Shown: positions 62,109-64,000 of the stretch, one piece after another
Layout of the letters: every line of letters begins with the position of its first letter
Numbering within the stretch: position 1 is the first letter of the stretch
Assembly: GCA_051362555.1 (NCBI GenBank)
Contig: JBPQGU010000013.1
Coordinates: 124,001-188,000 of the forward strand
Direction of reading: 5' to 3'
From: Lingula anatina
Lineage: Eukaryota; Animalia; Brachiopoda
Length of the DNA: 64,000 nt
Made by a program: the position numbers and the translations under genes
Notes under the pieces: model-generated
Told to the model about the DNA's origin: nothing
Database searches by the model: none
The model's input: only the letters and a program-made list of their open reading frames with translations

Positions 62109-63500
62109 TTTACCAAGCGCTACTGGTATATGCCTGGTTTTAAGGCCACAGCCAATTTTCCTTCTTTTTTTCACACAATCCAACCTAAAGTGAGTGTAAA
62201 CTTGCCAAGGTAGTGACTAGAACTGCAGAATTTGTGTATATCTGTGTATAGAGAACAGAACATGAAGGTTGGAGGGTCGGCCATTAGAAATCAATTCATG
62301 CTGTCTTCAGATTAGATACTCCCATTTCCTGCAGTTATTGAAATCTATTTATAATTGTACAGTCTTCACTTGCAGCCTGGGTCAGGTCTGATGATTTTTC
62401 AACAAGTTTTCTTTTTTTTTGTGTGCAAGTTGGCACAAAAGTATCAAATTTTGCAGCCTGTATTGCTTTGATTAGTTAATGTAACTGTCTATTTCTGGAC
62501 GGGTAATTAAAACAATCATAATTGTATTTACATCTGAAATATGCCAGAAAAATTAAACAGTTTGTTGAACTGTAAGTATTTAAAATTTTTTGGTGGCAGG
62601 AAGAAGAGTTGTCTTGGGCCTCAGTCTTGAATAGATCCTACTGGAATTTAGAATCATTTAGAAAAAAAATTGTAATCAACCACTTATGGTGTACTCTGGA
62701 TGATTTAAATGCATACAAAAAAAAAAAAAAAAAAAAAAAAAAACAGACATGCAAATGTACCTACCGATACAAAGTCACGATGTTGCTGACACTTCAAAAA
62801 TCTTCTATCAGAAATATTTTTTAACTTCTATAATCAATTTCCTCTTCTAATTGAAGAAGTCCTAATACTTCACATTCTTTTGCAGTTTTCCAAACCTCGT
62901 CTCTGCCAGACTGTGTGTAAAGTTTATATTCTCAGTGTTTATCTGCAACAGATATTTAGCCATCATTCTGCATGTTTAACTCCACCTAGCTCTATGTTAA
63001 TACAGATCGGGTCTGTTTTCTGGTATTTATACTGCATATTCTAACCAATCACCAAGCATTGCTATCAAGCTCATTGGACAACTTACTCTTAACTTTTAGG
63101 TCTTATTAACTACAGTTAGGTCTGACTGTGTTAATTGTGAAATGTGACAGTTGCATGACACAAATTTATTTCAGAGAAAATGTTTGTCAGAATTCAAGTT
63201 TGTGTGTGCATGTAGATCTTTCTACTTGGACAATTTCTTGGTTATTATCATTTTTGTCAAATTTTTGTCAAATTTTTCCTATCAGCATTTTGTTTTTTGG
63301 CAGTTGTATTTAAAGCTTCATGTAGATATAGAACAAAGAAGGATTTTTTTAAAACAAAAAGGGGGAAACTTGCAGAAGTTTAAATGATTTAAGTGTGCAG
63401 ATTCCATATATAGAATTAACAGATTTATAAATTTACCAACTCACCATGGTAAGACATACTTCCTATGGTCTGATTCCAGGGTTAAGAGCAAGGACAGGAG

Positions 63501-63690
63501 CCATTGGCAAAGACGTTACCATGGCAGTGACAGTACCATGACGGAGATGGTACCATGATAAGGACGGTACCATGACAGAGACGTTACCATGGCAGTGACG
63601 GTACCATGACGGAGATGGTACCATGATAAGGACCATACCATGACGGAGATGGTACCATGACAAGGACGGTACCATGACGGAGATGGTACC
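63501..63690 (+). repeat. 17-bp minisatellite (~11 copies, consensus CCATGACGGAGATGGTA) with partial 68-bp higher-order period
   Basis: Units ccatggcagtgacagta / ccatgacggagatggta / ccatgataaggacggta / ccatgacagagacgtta recur. Confidence 0.85.
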
Positions 63691-64000
63691 TGGGAGAGAC
63701 AATGGGCAGCTGATGCTATAAAATGCCCTGTCTCTGCCTCTGGACTCAGAAGTCACTTTCTATCCACCATGCCGTTACGGTAAAGGTAGCTGGAAAAAAC
63801 GAAGAAAAAGTGTATTTGTGAAGGGACACAAGCTATACCATGCAAGACAGAAGTCTGACCAGCCTCCAGAGCCTATTGTGAGAAGATACATCAGACCCAG
63901 CCAAGAGTTGTACCAGGCAGCCTCCTCTCCACCCCCTGTCGGGCCGCCAGCAACCCTCAGCAGCAACCCTGATGCACCCGTCATCCTCAGACCTAGGAGG
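63688..64000 (+). mobile_element. Resumption of the same transposon (promoter and 5' end of transposase, ATG at 63769; runs off window)
   Basis: Matches 11294 onward; one extra T in codon 3 (ccgttacgg). Confidence 0.92.

Noticed and set aside
63501-63690. CRISPR-like array, or the 97-aa repetitive ORF 63463-63756
   Set aside because: Contiguous 17-bp units without unique spacers, in a eukaryotic context; it is a minisatellite

Overview
AT-rich eukaryotic DNA, probably from an invertebrate animal (the repeats look mollusc-like, but the organism cannot be confirmed from sequence alone). Positions 1-47813 are a near-identical tandem array of a ~3712-bp DNA transposon unit, with 13 full-length transposase copies; the element resumes at 63688. 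Each unit has three parts. The first is a 640-aa DDE transposase. The second is a convergent His-Me finger (I-PpoI-like) endonuclease gene that the ORF track splits, because every full-length copy carries the same two in-frame stops. The third is a 458-bp module bounded by its own inverted repeats. This matches the KolobokP-type architecture: transposase plus His-Me nuclease plus TIR-bearing long terminal direct repeats (LTDRs) in a tandem multimer. The array flips orientation at 6820/6821. Two units have lost the 458-bp module by microhomology-joined deletion, one module is flanked by a TTCA duplication, and one unit has a 466-bp deletion across a TIR. A 15.9-kb block (47814-63687) of MITEs, a foldback element and HINE-like repeats interrupts the element almost colinearly. 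No host gene could be supported. Most frameshifts in the non-intact transposase copies look like long-read consensus errors.
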